DNA of 64,000 nt, taken from the NCBI GenBank assembly GCA_963711565.1, contig CAVQEQ010000003.1, forward strand, positions 864,001-928,000, read 5' to 3'. The first letter of the stretch is position 1; every line of letters starts with the position of its first letter. The DNA comes from an uncultured delta proteobacterium (lineage in GTDB: Bacteria; Desulfobacterota; Binatia; Binatales; Binataceae). A program made the translations under genes and the position numbers. The notes below the pieces were generated by a model, which worked only from the letters and a program-made list of their open reading frames with translations, was not told the origin of the DNA and made no database searches. This document shows positions 47,405 to 56,874 of the stretch, piece by piece.

Positions 47405-48145
47405 TCAGTTCGCGTGCTTGATGTCGCCGTTGACTGCCGCGTTGGCCGCTGCCGTGAAGATATCCATCGGCGCCAGCGGTGGCCGGCGCTTGCGCTTCAG
47501 GTCGGCGAGCTCGGCCTGGGCCTTGGCTTCGGTGTTGCGCTGGCGGATAGCTTCGAGCTTGTCACCGAGTTCGGAGCCGGCGATTTCGTGATTGACGCCC
47601 GCCTGCGCGAGCATCCGCTGAATCGACTCGCGCACTTCTTCGAGCGCGCGAACGTCGTCGTCGGACGAAATCTCTTCGAGCGCGCGCTGGATTCGCACGC
47701 GCGCCTGCGCATTTCTCATCCGCGCGATCATGCGGACCTTCTCGACCTTGAGCTTTTCGATCTCGCCCTTGAACGAGATCAAATTCTTCTTCGCGTCCTC
47801 GGCTTCCGTCGTCAGCTCGCCGAGCTCTTCGCGCAGCCGGGTGCAATCGCCGTCGAGGATGTGCTTGCGCTGGATCAGGATCAGCGCGCACTGGTCCTCG
47901 TTCATATCGGCGGCCTGCCCCGCTTCTTCATCGACTTCCTTCATCTCGGCGAGTTTCTCGCGCAGCTCGCGCTCGAGCTTGTTGCGCATGTAGATAACGC
48001 CGGCCGCCGCGGTCTTGAGCTGATGATAGCGCTGCACGCGATCCGAGATCGCGGACTCGTACACCGCCTCGGGGTCGCGCGCCTCGCGCGCTTTAATCCA
48101 GCGGCTGAACTTGCCTCCGAGCAATTTGAAAAATCTTGATAACAT
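47405..48145 (-). CDS. pspA: PspA/IM30 (bacterial ESCRT-III) family protein
   Basis: Amphipathic MLSRFFKLL N-terminus, DPEAVYE, long coiled coils, AELADLK, short C-terminal extension. Confidence 0.88.
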   Translation of the reverse strand: MLSRFFKLLGGKFSRWIKAREARDPEAVYESAISDRVQRYHQLKTAAAGVIYMRNKLERELREKLAEMKEVDEEAGQAADMNEDQCALILIQRKHILDGDCTRLREELGELTTEAEDAKKNLISFKGEIEKLKVEKVRMIARMRNAQARVRIQRALEEISSDDDVRALEEVRESIQRMLAQAGVNHEIAGSELGDKLEAIRQRNTEAKAQAELADLKRKRRPPLAPMDIFTAAANAAVNGDIKHAN

Positions 48146-48197
48146 TTTCGTTCTCCTTTTGGCCGCGAGCGCAGCCGCGTTCTTCTTTTCTAGATTT

Positions 48198-48680
48198 TCA
48201 GATCCAACGCCTGACGCGGTACGCGTAATCGCGGTAGTCCTGGCCGAAGAGCCGCTCCATCGTCTCTTCCTCGCGCGGGATCACGAGCCGATCGATCACT
48301 GCGAAGAAGACGGCCGGCGCCAACAGCATCGCGATCGACCCGAAGAAAATCGCCAGTCCTAACAACGTCGTCGCGAGGCCGAGATACATCGGGTTTCGCG
48401 TCCAGGTATATGGCGGCTGCGCGACGAACGCGGTCGGCTCGCCCCAGGGCTTCCTGGTGGTGTCTCGCGCCTGGAAAATCGCGGCGGCGAAACATGACAC
48501 GCCGACGCCGCCCGCAACCACCAGCAATCCAATCACCTGGTACCATCCCACCGAGCGCTCCTCGGGCAGCATGAAATGGAGCACGAGCGTGACCAGCAAC
48601 AGCACGCCCGCCAACAGGGGCGGATGAATCTTCATCGTCGTTACGGTGGTGCTGGAGGATTGAGATTCGGCGGTGTTCAT
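48198..48680 (-). CDS. Isoprenylcysteine carboxyl methyltransferase / PEMT family membrane methyltransferase
   Basis: IHPP, PYTWTRNPMYLG, IPREEETMERLFGQDY..YAYRVRRWI. Confidence 0.9.
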   Translation of the reverse strand: MNTAESQSSSTTVTTMKIHPPLLAGVLLLVTLVLHFMLPEERSVGWYQVIGLLVVAGGVGVSCFAAAIFQARDTTRKPWGEPTAFVAQPPYTWTRNPMYLGLATTLLGLAIFFGSIAMLLAPAVFFAVIDRLVIPREEETMERLFGQDYRDYAYRVRRWI

Positions 48681-48708
48681 TTTCTATCTTCTCCGCGTTT
48701 GCGCGAAA

Positions 48709-50169
48709 TCAATTGGTGTCACTCTTGGTGGCCTGCGCGAGCCCGATATTTTCGATCGTAATCCCGAGTTCGCGCATTTTCTGTTGAAAGCTTTGGCGGT
48801 ACATCCCGGTCCGTTCCGCGGCGCGCGAGATATTGCCGCCGGTGGCCCGCAAAGCACGCACGAAGAAATCTCGTTCCCAATCGCCGACGAATTTTTCTTT
48901 CGCCTCGCGAAACGTCATTGCCGATTCGCCGTTCTCGGTCGCCGCCGATCCGTGATTCGACGTGCTCGTTGCTGGCGAGCTGGCGTGGTCGCCCTCCGGC
49001 TCCGAGCCGGCGAACAGATCTTCCGCGGTAATCTCGGCTCCCGCCGACAGGATCACCGCCTGCTCGATTGCCGCCTTGAGCGAACGCGCGTTGCCCTTCC
49101 ACGGAGCCTCGACGCACGCGCGCATCGCCTCGGGCGTGAGCTGTTTTTGCGGCGCGGAAAAACGATTGCACGCCTCCGCAATGAAGTGCTGGACCATCAG
49201 GGGCACATCTTCACGCCGCTCGCGCACGGGAGGCACGCGAATCTCGACGACCTTCAGGCGGTAGTAGAGATCCTCGCGAAACTTGCCCTGCTCGATCATC
49301 GCTTCGAGGTCCTGGTTGGTGGCCGCGATTATTCGCACATCAACGCTCAGCGGCTGATTCCCGCCGATCCGCTCGAACACCTGCTCCTGCAGCACGCGCA
49401 GCAACTTGGCCTGCGTCTCGAGCGCCATGTCGCCGATTTCGTCCAGGAACAACGTGCCGCCGTTAGCGGCTTCGAATTTTCCTTCGCGACGCGCGACGGC
49501 GCCGGTGAACGCCCCCTTCTCGTGGCCGAACAGCTCGCTCTCGACCAGCTCGCGCGAGAACGCCGCGCAATTGACCGCGATAAACGGCTTGCGCGCCCGC
49601 GGACTGCGAAAATGTATCGCGCGCGCCACGAGCTCCTTGCCGGTGCCCGATTCGCCGCGGATCAGAACCGTGACGTCGGTCGGCGCGACCTTGTCGATCG
49701 TCTCGAACACCCGCATCATCGCGCGCGAGCGCCCGACCATATTCTCGAAAACGCCCGTCTCGAGCCGCACCTGCTCGAGCAGCTGGCTGTGCTCGCGCTT
49801 GAGCAGTTGCGTCTCCATCACCTTGCGCACTTTCAGGCGCAGCTCGTCGTTGTCGAACGGCTTGGGCAGGTAATCCTCGGCGCCCGCCTTCATCGCTTCG
49901 ACTGCGATTCGCTGAGTGCCGAACGCGGTGATCATCAACACCGCGCACGCGGGATCGAGTTCGCGCACGTGCTTGAGCAATTCGAGCCCGCTCATTCCCT
50001 TCATGCTGAGATCGGTGATGATGACGTGGAACAGTCCCGCCTTGACCTTCTCGAGCGCTTCTTCGCCCGACTCCGCGGTCTCGACTTCGTAGCCCTCCTT
50101 GGTGAAGAGTCCCTTGAGCGCGATGACGATTCCGCGCTCGTCGTCAACTACCAGCAATCGGCCTTTCAA
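48709..50169 (-). CDS. Sigma54-dependent two-component response regulator (NtrC/AtoC family)
   Basis: Receiver LVVDDE..ITDLSM..YLPKP; [42 protein letters not shown]; Fis-type [15 protein letters not shown]. Confidence 0.96.
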   Translation of the reverse strand: MKGRLLVVDDERGIVIALKGLFTKEGYEVETAESGEEALEKVKAGLFHVIITDLSMKGMSGLELLKHVRELDPACAVLMITAFGTQRIAVEAMKAGAEDYLPKPFDNDELRLKVRKVMETQLLKREHSQLLEQVRLETGVFENMVGRSRAMMRVFETIDKVAPTDVTVLIRGESGTGKELVARAIHFRSPRARKPFIAVNCAAFSRELVESELFGHEKGAFTGAVARREGKFEAANGGTLFLDEIGDMALETQAKLLRVLQEQVFERIGGNQPLSVDVRIIAATNQDLEAMIEQGKFREDLYYRLKVVEIRVPPVRERREDVPLMVQHFIAEACNRFSAPQKQLTPEAMRACVEAPWKGNARSLKAAIEQAVILSAGAEITAEDLFAGSEPEGDHASSPATSTSNHGSAATENGESAMTFREAKEKFVGDWERDFFVRALRATGGNISRAAERTGMYRQSFQQKMRELGITIENIGLAQATKSDTN

Positions 50170-51755
50170 TTTCGTAGCCTCGAGGTCTGAGTGGATGGCG
50201 CGCCCGCCGCCATTGGGACGATCGGCGTAGTTGTCGCACCGCCGCCGTTGTTTTGTGCGTTGTTCTGCTGGATAGGTTCAGCCGCTTCTCCCACGATGTC
50301 CGGCGACTCGGGCCGCTCACTCGTCGCGCACGGCGCCATCGTGGTCGGAACCGCCGACGACTGGACTACGTCGTCGTTATCGCGCACGGCGTCGCTGAGC
50401 GGAATCGCGAGCACGAACTCAGTGCCCTGCCCGACGATGCTGTGCACTTCGATCGTCCCGCGATGCGAGTCGATCACTTTTTTCGCTACGCCCAGGCCGA
50501 GCCCGGTGCCGTTGGTCTTCGACGTGTAGAACGGATTGAAAATTTTCGCGATCTTGTCGTCGGGGATTCCGCAGCCGTTGTCGCGAATCCTGACCGCCGC
50601 CATGCCCGCACCGTTGTTTTGTATCGCAAATTCGAGCCGGCGCTCCCCGGTCGTCGATTCCATCGCGTCGATCGCGTTGTCGATGATGTTCGAGAAAACC
50701 TGCCGCAGCTTGTCGGCGTCTGCGCGCACGGTCGGACCGCTCAGGTACGCGCGCGAGACCATCACCGAGTTTGCCTCGAGCTTGCTGCGCATCTGCGTGA
50801 GCGCGCCGTCGACCACCCACGCCAGATTTACATTTTCGAACTTGTAGTCTTCTTCCTTTGCGTATTTGAGCAGATGCGACACGCTGCGCTCGACGCGTGC
50901 AAGCTCATCGAGCGCGACCTTCGCGTACTCGACGTTCTCATGCGAGGTCGGATCCTCGCCCATTTGCTGCACCAGGCTCTTCGCCGCCGCGATCGGATTG
51001 CGGATTTCGTGCGCGAAGGTCGCCGTCAGCTCGTCCAGCGACGCCTGCTTCTCGGTCCGCAGCTGCTCTTTCTCCTGCAAAACTTCGCGCTGAACTTCGC
51101 GCGCGACCGCCGGCTGGAAAACCCGGTCATGTACCCATCGCCAGCCGTACACCGCCGAGAAATGGCTGACGATTCCAAATCCCCACCCGAGCGCCGGCCA
51201 GATGAACCACGGATATCCGCCGAACCCGGTCGTCATCAGGTTGATGATGAACAGGAAGCCGATGATGATTCCGTACCACATCAGGTGCACGAAGAAGCCG
51301 GCCTCGGCCTGCGCGCGTTTGCGTGCGCGGTCGTAGGTCTGGCGCTCGGCGTCGTTCTTGAACTGCGGTGGCGGCGGCATATCCTGCGCGGGATCGGCGC
51401 TGACGCCTCCATACTTATGCGTCTGCTTGTCGAAGCGCTCCTTCAGCTTGCGCTCGAATTTTTCGGCCTTGGCCTCGAACTTGCGCGCCATCTTGGAATC
51501 GAAGTCGCGCTTTATCTTGGCGTGCAGATCGTTGGCGAAGCGCTCCGCCGACGCCGTCGTGGACGCCTTGGCTTGCTCGGCCCACTTCGACCAGTCGCGC
51601 GACCCCCTCGAGCCGCGCCGCCCGTACTGCGACCAGTCGTGCTTCGACCAATCGTATTTCGACCAGTCGCTGTACTTCATCCAGCGCAGACGGTTTCGCT
51701 TTCGATGTTGCACGACCGCGTAAATGATTAGTGCTACTATGAAGATGCCGAACAT
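50166..51755 (-). CDS. Membrane sensor histidine kinase with N-terminal TM, DWS repeats and a 2TM domain
   Basis: AHEIRNP H-box, [29 protein letters not shown]; 2TM signature [21 protein letters not shown]; overlaps the RR start. Confidence 0.94.
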   Translation of the reverse strand: MFGIFIVALIIYAVVQHRKRNRLRWMKYSDWSKYDWSKHDWSQYGRRGSRGSRDWSKWAEQAKASTTASAERFANDLHAKIKRDFDSKMARKFEAKAEKFERKLKERFDKQTHKYGGVSADPAQDMPPPPQFKNDAERQTYDRARKRAQAEAGFFVHLMWYGIIIGFLFIINLMTTGFGGYPWFIWPALGWGFGIVSHFSAVYGWRWVHDRVFQPAVAREVQREVLQEKEQLRTEKQASLDELTATFAHEIRNPIAAAKSLVQQMGEDPTSHENVEYAKVALDELARVERSVSHLLKYAKEEDYKFENVNLAWVVDGALTQMRSKLEANSVMVSRAYLSGPTVRADADKLRQVFSNIIDNAIDAMESTTGERRLEFAIQNNGAGMAAVRIRDNGCGIPDDKIAKIFNPFYTSKTNGTGLGLGVAKKVIDSHRGTIEVHSIVGQGTEFVLAIPLSDAVRDNDDVVQSSAVPTTMAPCATSERPESPDIVGEAAEPIQQNNAQNNGGGATTTPIVPMAAGAPSTQTSRLRN

Positions 51756-51856
51756 CCTGTCTCACCTGGGCCCGGAAATGCCGGTCCGTCTAATTGACCT
51801 ATCGAGTCGCCGCAGCTAAAACAATCGCCATTTATTTCCGGGTCCTGACCTCTAAC

Positions 51857-51872
51857 AGCAAAGGAGATGCCG
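51857..51872 (-). promoter_or_regulatory. Sigma54 (-24/-12) promoter
   Basis: Minus strand CGGCATCTCCTTTGCT = GG-N10-GC, close to TGGCAC-N5-TTGCW, about 100 bp upstream of the kinase ATG. Confidence 0.72.
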
Positions 51873-51944
51873 ACGCCCGCGGGCGCGAAAAGTCGAGCAT
51901 TCGCGCGGATTCCATCGATCATGCGGGCGCACGCGACGCCCCAG

Positions 51945-51976
51945 TGCAGTCGCGCCATTGCAGCCCCCGCACTGCA
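51945..51976. promoter_or_regulatory. Putative enhancer (UAS) for a sigma54 activator
   Basis: TGCA-N10-TGCA-N10-TGCA, two overlapping imperfect palindromes about 100-130 bp upstream of the predicted TSS. Confidence 0.6.
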
Positions 51977-52066
51977 TCGAGCTCGAGCCTCGCGCTTCCT
52001 TGACTTCGACCGCGATCGGCATATTTTCATGTTTCGATGACGCAGTACTGGCCATTCTCGGGACTG

Positions 52067-52846
52067 ATGCGACAGAACGCGCTGCGCGAGCGGCTGATCG
52101 TCTCGCTCGATCTGCGCGACCGCGGCGAAGCGCTCAAGCTGGTGGACCGGCTGGCGCGGGTGGTCGGGATGTTCAAAGTCGGGCGCGCGCTGTTCGTCGG
52201 CGGCGGCCCGGATTTCATTCGCGAGATTCGCCGACGCGGCGCCGAAGTCTTTCTAGACCTCAAATTCCACGACAGCCCGCAGAAGGTGCTGCGCGCCGCC
52301 GTCGAGGCGACGCGGCTTGGCGTCAAGATGTTCGACCTTCACCCCTACGGCTCCAACTGCGGCTCGACCGAGATGATGACGCGGACGCGCACCGAGGTCG
52401 CACGCATCTGCCGGACCGAGGGTCTTCGGCGCCCCAGTATCCTGGCGATCGCGACGCTCGCCGAAATGAAGTCCGCGAATTCAAGCCCACGAACGCCGGT
52501 CTCGCCCGACCGGGTCACCGAGATCGCGCGCTTCGCCGCCGACGCGTCGCTCGACGGCGTCGTCACGTGGCCGCATGAAGTCCCGCGCGTTCGCAACAGT
52601 TGCGGACGCCGATTCATTATCGTGACGTCGGGCGTACGGCTGCGCGAGGTCGCGAGCCCAGCCTCGAATGCGATCACCGCCGCCGACGCGATCCGCGCGG
52701 GCGCCGACTACGTCGTCGTCGGCAGTCCGATCTGGAGTGCGACCGAGCCGATTCGCGCCGTGCGCGAGATTACCGACGACATCGAGCGCGGACTGCGCAA
52801 CAACCCGCGGCGCACGTTTGAAATTCTCAACCCCCGTCCCGTATAG
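52067..52846 (+). CDS. Orotidine-5'-phosphate decarboxylase-like protein (divergent PyrF paralog; alternative start 52037)
   Basis: LIVSLD, FKVG, FLDLKFHDSP retained; VTSGVR and GADYVVVGSPI deviate from the canonical VTPGIR and VGRPI. Confidence 0.8.
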   Translation: MRQNALRERLIVSLDLRDRGEALKLVDRLARVVGMFKVGRALFVGGGPDFIREIRRRGAEVFLDLKFHDSPQKVLRAAVEATRLGVKMFDLHPYGSNCGSTEMMTRTRTEVARICRTEGLRRPSILAIATLAEMKSANSSPRTPVSPDRVTEIARFAADASLDGVVTWPHEVPRVRNSCGRRFIIVTSGVRLREVASPASNAITAADAIRAGADYVVVGSPIWSATEPIRAVREITDDIERGLRNNPRRTFEILNPRPV

Positions 52847-52929
52847 TCTCTCTTCGATCTCTCCGCGTTTGTCCTTCTCTATCGAAGCAAACTGCGATTG
52901 TGCGAAATGCCTGCAGCCGGAGCCTGTGC

Positions 52930-53757
52930 TTGCTTGAAATCCTGACTAACCTGTTCGCGCTGTCAATCGGCGCCGGTTTCATTGGCGCGATCTCGGGCCT
53001 CGGCGGCGGCGTCTTTATCGTGCCCGCGCTGATCATCTTCGCGCACATGCCGATGAAGGTCGCGGTCGGCGCGAGCCTCATCTCCGTCGTCGCGACCAGC
53101 GCCGGCGCCAGCGTCGCGTTCGTGCGCGACGGATGGACCAACCTGAAAGTCGCGATGGTGCTCGAGTGTGCAACCGTTACCGGCGCGGTGATCGGCGCTT
53201 ATCTCGCCGGCGTCGTGCCGACCGTCGTGCTCGAATTGCTCTTCGCCGCGATGATGCTCCAGTCCGCATATTTCACAATCACCAAGCACGGCGACGACAT
53301 CCTCACCAAGGGCGACGCGCTCGCCGAGCGACTCGAACTTTCGGGCGAGGTGCCCGATCTCACCGGCAACCCGATCCACTACGAAGTCGTGAAAGTTCCG
53401 CAGGGCGGTGCGCTGATGGTGGTCGCGGGGCTGATGTCGGGTCTGCTTGGGATTGGGTCGGGCGCGCTCAAGGTGATGGCGATGGACTACATCATGCACT
53501 TGCCGCTCAAGATTTCGAGCGCGACCAGCAACTTCATGATCGGCGTCACCGCCAGCGCCGGCGCACTCGTATTCCTCGCGCGCGGCGACGTCGCCACCAC
53601 TATCGCGGCACCGGTGGCAATCGGCGTCACCGTCGGCGCACTAACCGGAAGCCGTATCCTGCCGCACATCAAGGTTGAATATCTCAGGACCGTTTTCGTG
53701 ATAATTCTTCTGCTGATCGCGGCCGAGATGGGATGGCGCGCGCTATCGGGAATCTAG
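52930..53757 (+). CDS. TauE/SafE (TSUP) family transporter
   Basis: GLGGGVFIVP, AVGASLISVVATS, SGLLGIGSGALKV, SATSNFMIGVTA; TTG start after GGAG. Confidence 0.9.
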   Translation: MLEILTNLFALSIGAGFIGAISGLGGGVFIVPALIIFAHMPMKVAVGASLISVVATSAGASVAFVRDGWTNLKVAMVLECATVTGAVIGAYLAGVVPTVVLELLFAAMMLQSAYFTITKHGDDILTKGDALAERLELSGEVPDLTGNPIHYEVVKVPQGGALMVVAGLMSGLLGIGSGALKVMAMDYIMHLPLKISSATSNFMIGVTASAGALVFLARGDVATTIAAPVAIGVTVGALTGSRILPHIKVEYLRTVFVIILLLIAAEMGWRALSGI

Positions 53758-53760
53758 GCG

Positions 53761-54150
53761 ATGCCAAAACAGGAAGAAGATCGAATACTCAGGGAGTGGA
53801 CGCCGATTCTGCTGCGATCGATTCTGATCGCAGCGATGATCCTCCTCGTGGCCGGACTCGTCATGACCTACACCTTCGCGCCCGACTATTACGTCGATCG
53901 CTACCACGAGGTGCAGCAAGGGCACCTGATGGGCAGAGAAAAATTCGCCCTGCTGTACGACAGGGTTCGCGAGGGCAATCCGCACGCGGTTCTGACCATC
54001 GGGCTGTTCGTGCTGACGCTCGTCCCGCTCGCGCGCGTTGCGTTCTGCTTCATCCTCTTCATCAGGGAACGCGACTACACTTATGTTGCTCTCACCGCCT
54101 ACGTGCTTGCGGGCTTGATCGTCGGCGTGCTGGTTGGGAGTGTCGGTTAG
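53761..54150 (+). CDS. DUF1634 membrane protein
   Basis: GLFVLTLVPLARV..F..ERDYTYV; the usual partner downstream of TauE. Confidence 0.85.
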   Translation: MPKQEEDRILREWTPILLRSILIAAMILLVAGLVMTYTFAPDYYVDRYHEVQQGHLMGREKFALLYDRVREGNPHAVLTIGLFVLTLVPLARVAFCFILFIRERDYTYVALTAYVLAGLIVGVLVGSVG

Positions 54151-54183
54151 AGATCGATTAGTATTCGGACGGAGGTAGGCGCA

Positions 54184-54957
54184 ATGGAAATCAAAGGCAA
54201 GGTCGGCGTCATCACCGGTGGCTCATCGGGAATCGGGCGTGCAACGTCGGAGCGATTGGCGAAGGAAGGCGCCGCGATCGTGGTCGCCGATCTCGACGAA
54301 GCGGGCGGCGCGGAAACCGTCAAGCGAATCGAGAGTGCGGGTGGTCGCGCCGTTTTCGTGAAGGCCGACGTCACCAAACTCGACGACGCGCGACGAATGC
54401 TCGACACTGCGATGTCGAAGTACGGCCGCCTCGACATCCTGCACAACAACGCCGGCATCGGCGTCGGCGCACCCGGCTATCCCGACGCGCCGCCCGAGCG
54501 ATGGCACCTCGTAATCGAGATCGATCTGCAAGCCGTGATTCTCGGCACCGGCCTCTCAGCCCCGCTGATGCAAAAGAACGGCGGCGGCGTCATCATCAAC
54601 ACCGCCTCAATGGCCGGCCTGTATCCGCATCGCCAGGACGCGGTTTACGGCGCGGCCAAGGGCGGCGTCGTGAACTTCACGCACTCGCTGGCATCGTGGG
54701 CGTCGGAGCGCAAGGTCCGCGTCAACTGCATCTGCCCGGGCATCGTCGATACTCCGATGGTGCGACGAGGATTGGAGCTGGCGAAGCAACACGGCATCAA
54801 GAGCTGGATGCCGTCGAGGATAATCCAACCCGAAGAAATCGCGGACGCAGTAGTGAGCTTGGTGCGCGACGACTCGCTCTTCGGCTGCTCGCTGGAGGTG
54901 CGCCCGACCGGCCGCCAGATTGTAGATCCGCGGCCGGCACCCGGCTCCCGCAGATAA
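54184..54957 (+). CDS. Short-chain dehydrogenase/reductase
   Basis: TGGSSGIG, NNAG, NTAS, YGAAK, VNCICPG. Confidence 0.94.
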   Translation: MEIKGKVGVITGGSSGIGRATSERLAKEGAAIVVADLDEAGGAETVKRIESAGGRAVFVKADVTKLDDARRMLDTAMSKYGRLDILHNNAGIGVGAPGYPDAPPERWHLVIEIDLQAVILGTGLSAPLMQKNGGGVIINTASMAGLYPHRQDAVYGAAKGGVVNFTHSLASWASERKVRVNCICPGIVDTPMVRRGLELAKQHGIKSWMPSRIIQPEEIADAVVSLVRDDSLFGCSLEVRPTGRQIVDPRPAPGSRR

Positions 54958-54980
54958 AGGAGGGGGCAGCCCTTCTGCGC

Positions 54981-55364
54981 TCAGGCAGCAGAGGACGTTC
55001 GGTGAACCGGAATTCGTTCGAGTTCGGTGCGCAGTTCGCGCTCGGCGCGCCAGAGGTCGCAGGCTTGCTGCATCCGCAGCCAGATTCCGGGTCCGTTGCC
55101 GCAGAACCGGCCGAGCCGCGCGGCCATCCCCGGCGTAATCGATACCTTCTCGGCCATAATCCGATGTAGCGTCTGCCGCGTTACGCCAAGCTGTCGCGCC
55201 GCCTCGCTGACTGAGAGACCGAGCGCGGGAAGGACATCCTCGCGCAGGATGGCGCCGGGATGGGTCGGCCTTCGCTTCGCACTATCTTTCATTGCTGGCT
55301 TGATTATCATGATTGGCTTCCCGAAATCCGGAGCATCGATTATATGGCTACGCTTGAAGCTCAA
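54981..55364 (-). CDS. higA: HigA family antitoxin (start may be downstream, e.g. 55292)
   Basis: PTHPGAILREDVL..SVSEAARQLGVTRQTL..ITPGMAARL..WLRMQ...DLW. Confidence 0.9.
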   Translation of the reverse strand: MSFKRSHIIDAPDFGKPIMIIKPAMKDSAKRRPTHPGAILREDVLPALGLSVSEAARQLGVTRQTLHRIMAEKVSITPGMAARLGRFCGNGPGIWLRMQQACDLWRAERELRTELERIPVHRTSSAA

Positions 55365-55636
55365 TGGTATTGCTCAAGGTCAACCTGCCACGCGTCACCC
55401 TCGTGCCACTCGAAAGTAATGCACCAAGGACCGTTTACGTGAACGCTGTAGCGCTGCGGCTTGCCGCTGAGAGGGTGGAAGTCGAAGCCGGGAATGTTGA
55501 GATCCCGCAGCGTTGCGGCCCGTTCCAGCGCATCCAGTCTTCGAATCGTCCTATTTTGGAGATCCGCCGCCACTTTTCGGCTTCGACCTTGGCGAAACAG
55601 CTCGCCAAGCCCCTTGTGGCGGAAGCCCCGTATCAC
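55361..55636 (-). CDS. higB: HigB (RelE/ParE superfamily) toxin
   Basis: GTG start IRGFRHKGL..F, HPLSG, YSVHVNGPWCITFEW, VDLEQYH. Confidence 0.92.
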   Translation of the reverse strand: MIRGFRHKGLGELFRQGRSRKVAADLQNRTIRRLDALERAATLRDLNIPGFDFHPLSGKPQRYSVHVNGPWCITFEWHEGDAWQVDLEQYH

Positions 55637-55642
55637 CCGGAA

Positions 55643-55671
55643 AACGTAACACACCCGGTTACAGGTGTAAA
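55643..55671 (-). promoter_or_regulatory. higBA promoter with palindromic operator (probably leaderless)
   Basis: TTTACA-N17-TACGTT, GTG 7 nt later; GTAAC-N7-GTTAC palindrome at 55646-55662. Confidence 0.65.
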
Positions 55672-55714
55672 TCGCCCCGCTACACAGCGTCCGTTAAACG
55701 CACTCTAATCTAAT

Positions 55715-56851
55715 TCACCGCGCGCCGGCGGCTGCCGACTCTGCCTGAAACTCCCGCGAACTCCTGCTCAGCTTTGGCATTACGTGCTTGCCGATTAGGT
55801 CGACCGTCTGCATTACCTTTTCGTGGGGGACTGCGCCTACCTGCACCAGCATCAGGAGTAGATCTACTCCGGCGGATTCGTAGAACTTTGCGACCTTGAG
55901 GCAGTCTTCCGGGTCGCCGACCATCACGGCGCCTGCTTCGATTCGTTTGTCGAGATCGGCGAGCGACATCCGGTAGTCGCCGATTGCGACCGCCGCTTCC
56001 GCCAGTTTCTTGTAGTATTCGTAGCCCTTTACTTCCTGTTTGGCGAAGGGCGTGAACAGCTCGGCGGCTTTGCGCGTGGTGAAATCGATCGCGTCCTTCG
56101 CGATCACCTTCGCTTCTTCACGCGTCGGCGCGCATACACAGACCGTCGCCGCCGCGACGCGATCGTTCACGAACGCGCCGACCGGCTCGCACGTTTTGAT
56201 CGCCTTCTTGTAAACCGCGATCAGGTTGTCGAGCAGCCCCGGCTCTGAAATTCCGAAGCCGAGCGCGCCGATTCCCTTCTGCCCCGCGATTTCCCACGTT
56301 GACGGCTGCGTCGCCGCCACCCACATGGGAGGATGCGGTTTCTGGATCGGCTTCGGTATCACCTCGCGCTCCGGCATCTTGAAAAATTTGCCGTCGTGGC
56401 TGAACGTCTCGTTCATCCACATTTTCGGGATCGCGGCGACCGCCTCTTCCCACATCGCGCGCGAATCTTCCGGATTCACCTGGAAGCCGCCGAGCTCCTG
56501 CTCGGTGATCGAGCGGCCCGAGCCGAACTCGACGCGCCCGTTCGACATGATGTCGAGCACCGCGATTCGCTCCGCCACGCGCACGGGATGGTTGAATGGA
56601 ATAGGCAGCAGGCAGATGCCGTGGCCGAGCCGAATCCGCAACGTCACCTGGCTGAGCGCGCCATACCACACTTCGGGCGCCGACGAGTACGACCATTCGC
56701 TGAGAAAATGATGCTCGACAGTCCAGACCGAATGGTAGCCGAGGCGGTCCGCGAGTTTCACCTGCTCGGTGGCCTGCTGGTAGATGTCGTACATGAAGCC
56801 GGGGTAATGGGGGCGGCTCCGCTGAAGCTCATACTGCAGCGCAAATTCCAT
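55715..56851 (-). CDS. LLM class flavin-dependent oxidoreductase
   Basis: SVWTVEHHF, HPVRVAERIAVLDIMSNGRVEFGSGR, PKPIQKPHPP. Confidence 0.93.
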   Translation of the reverse strand: MEFALQYELQRSRPHYPGFMYDIYQQATEQVKLADRLGYHSVWTVEHHFLSEWSYSSAPEVWYGALSQVTLRIRLGHGICLLPIPFNHPVRVAERIAVLDIMSNGRVEFGSGRSITEQELGGFQVNPEDSRAMWEEAVAAIPKMWMNETFSHDGKFFKMPEREVIPKPIQKPHPPMWVAATQPSTWEIAGQKGIGALGFGISEPGLLDNLIAVYKKAIKTCEPVGAFVNDRVAAATVCVCAPTREEAKVIAKDAIDFTTRKAAELFTPFAKQEVKGYEYYKKLAEAAVAIGDYRMSLADLDKRIEAGAVMVGDPEDCLKVAKFYESAGVDLLLMLVQVGAVPHEKVMQTVDLIGKHVMPKLSRSSREFQAESAAAGAR

Positions 56852-56874
56852 CGACTCGTTCCTCCGTCAGTATT

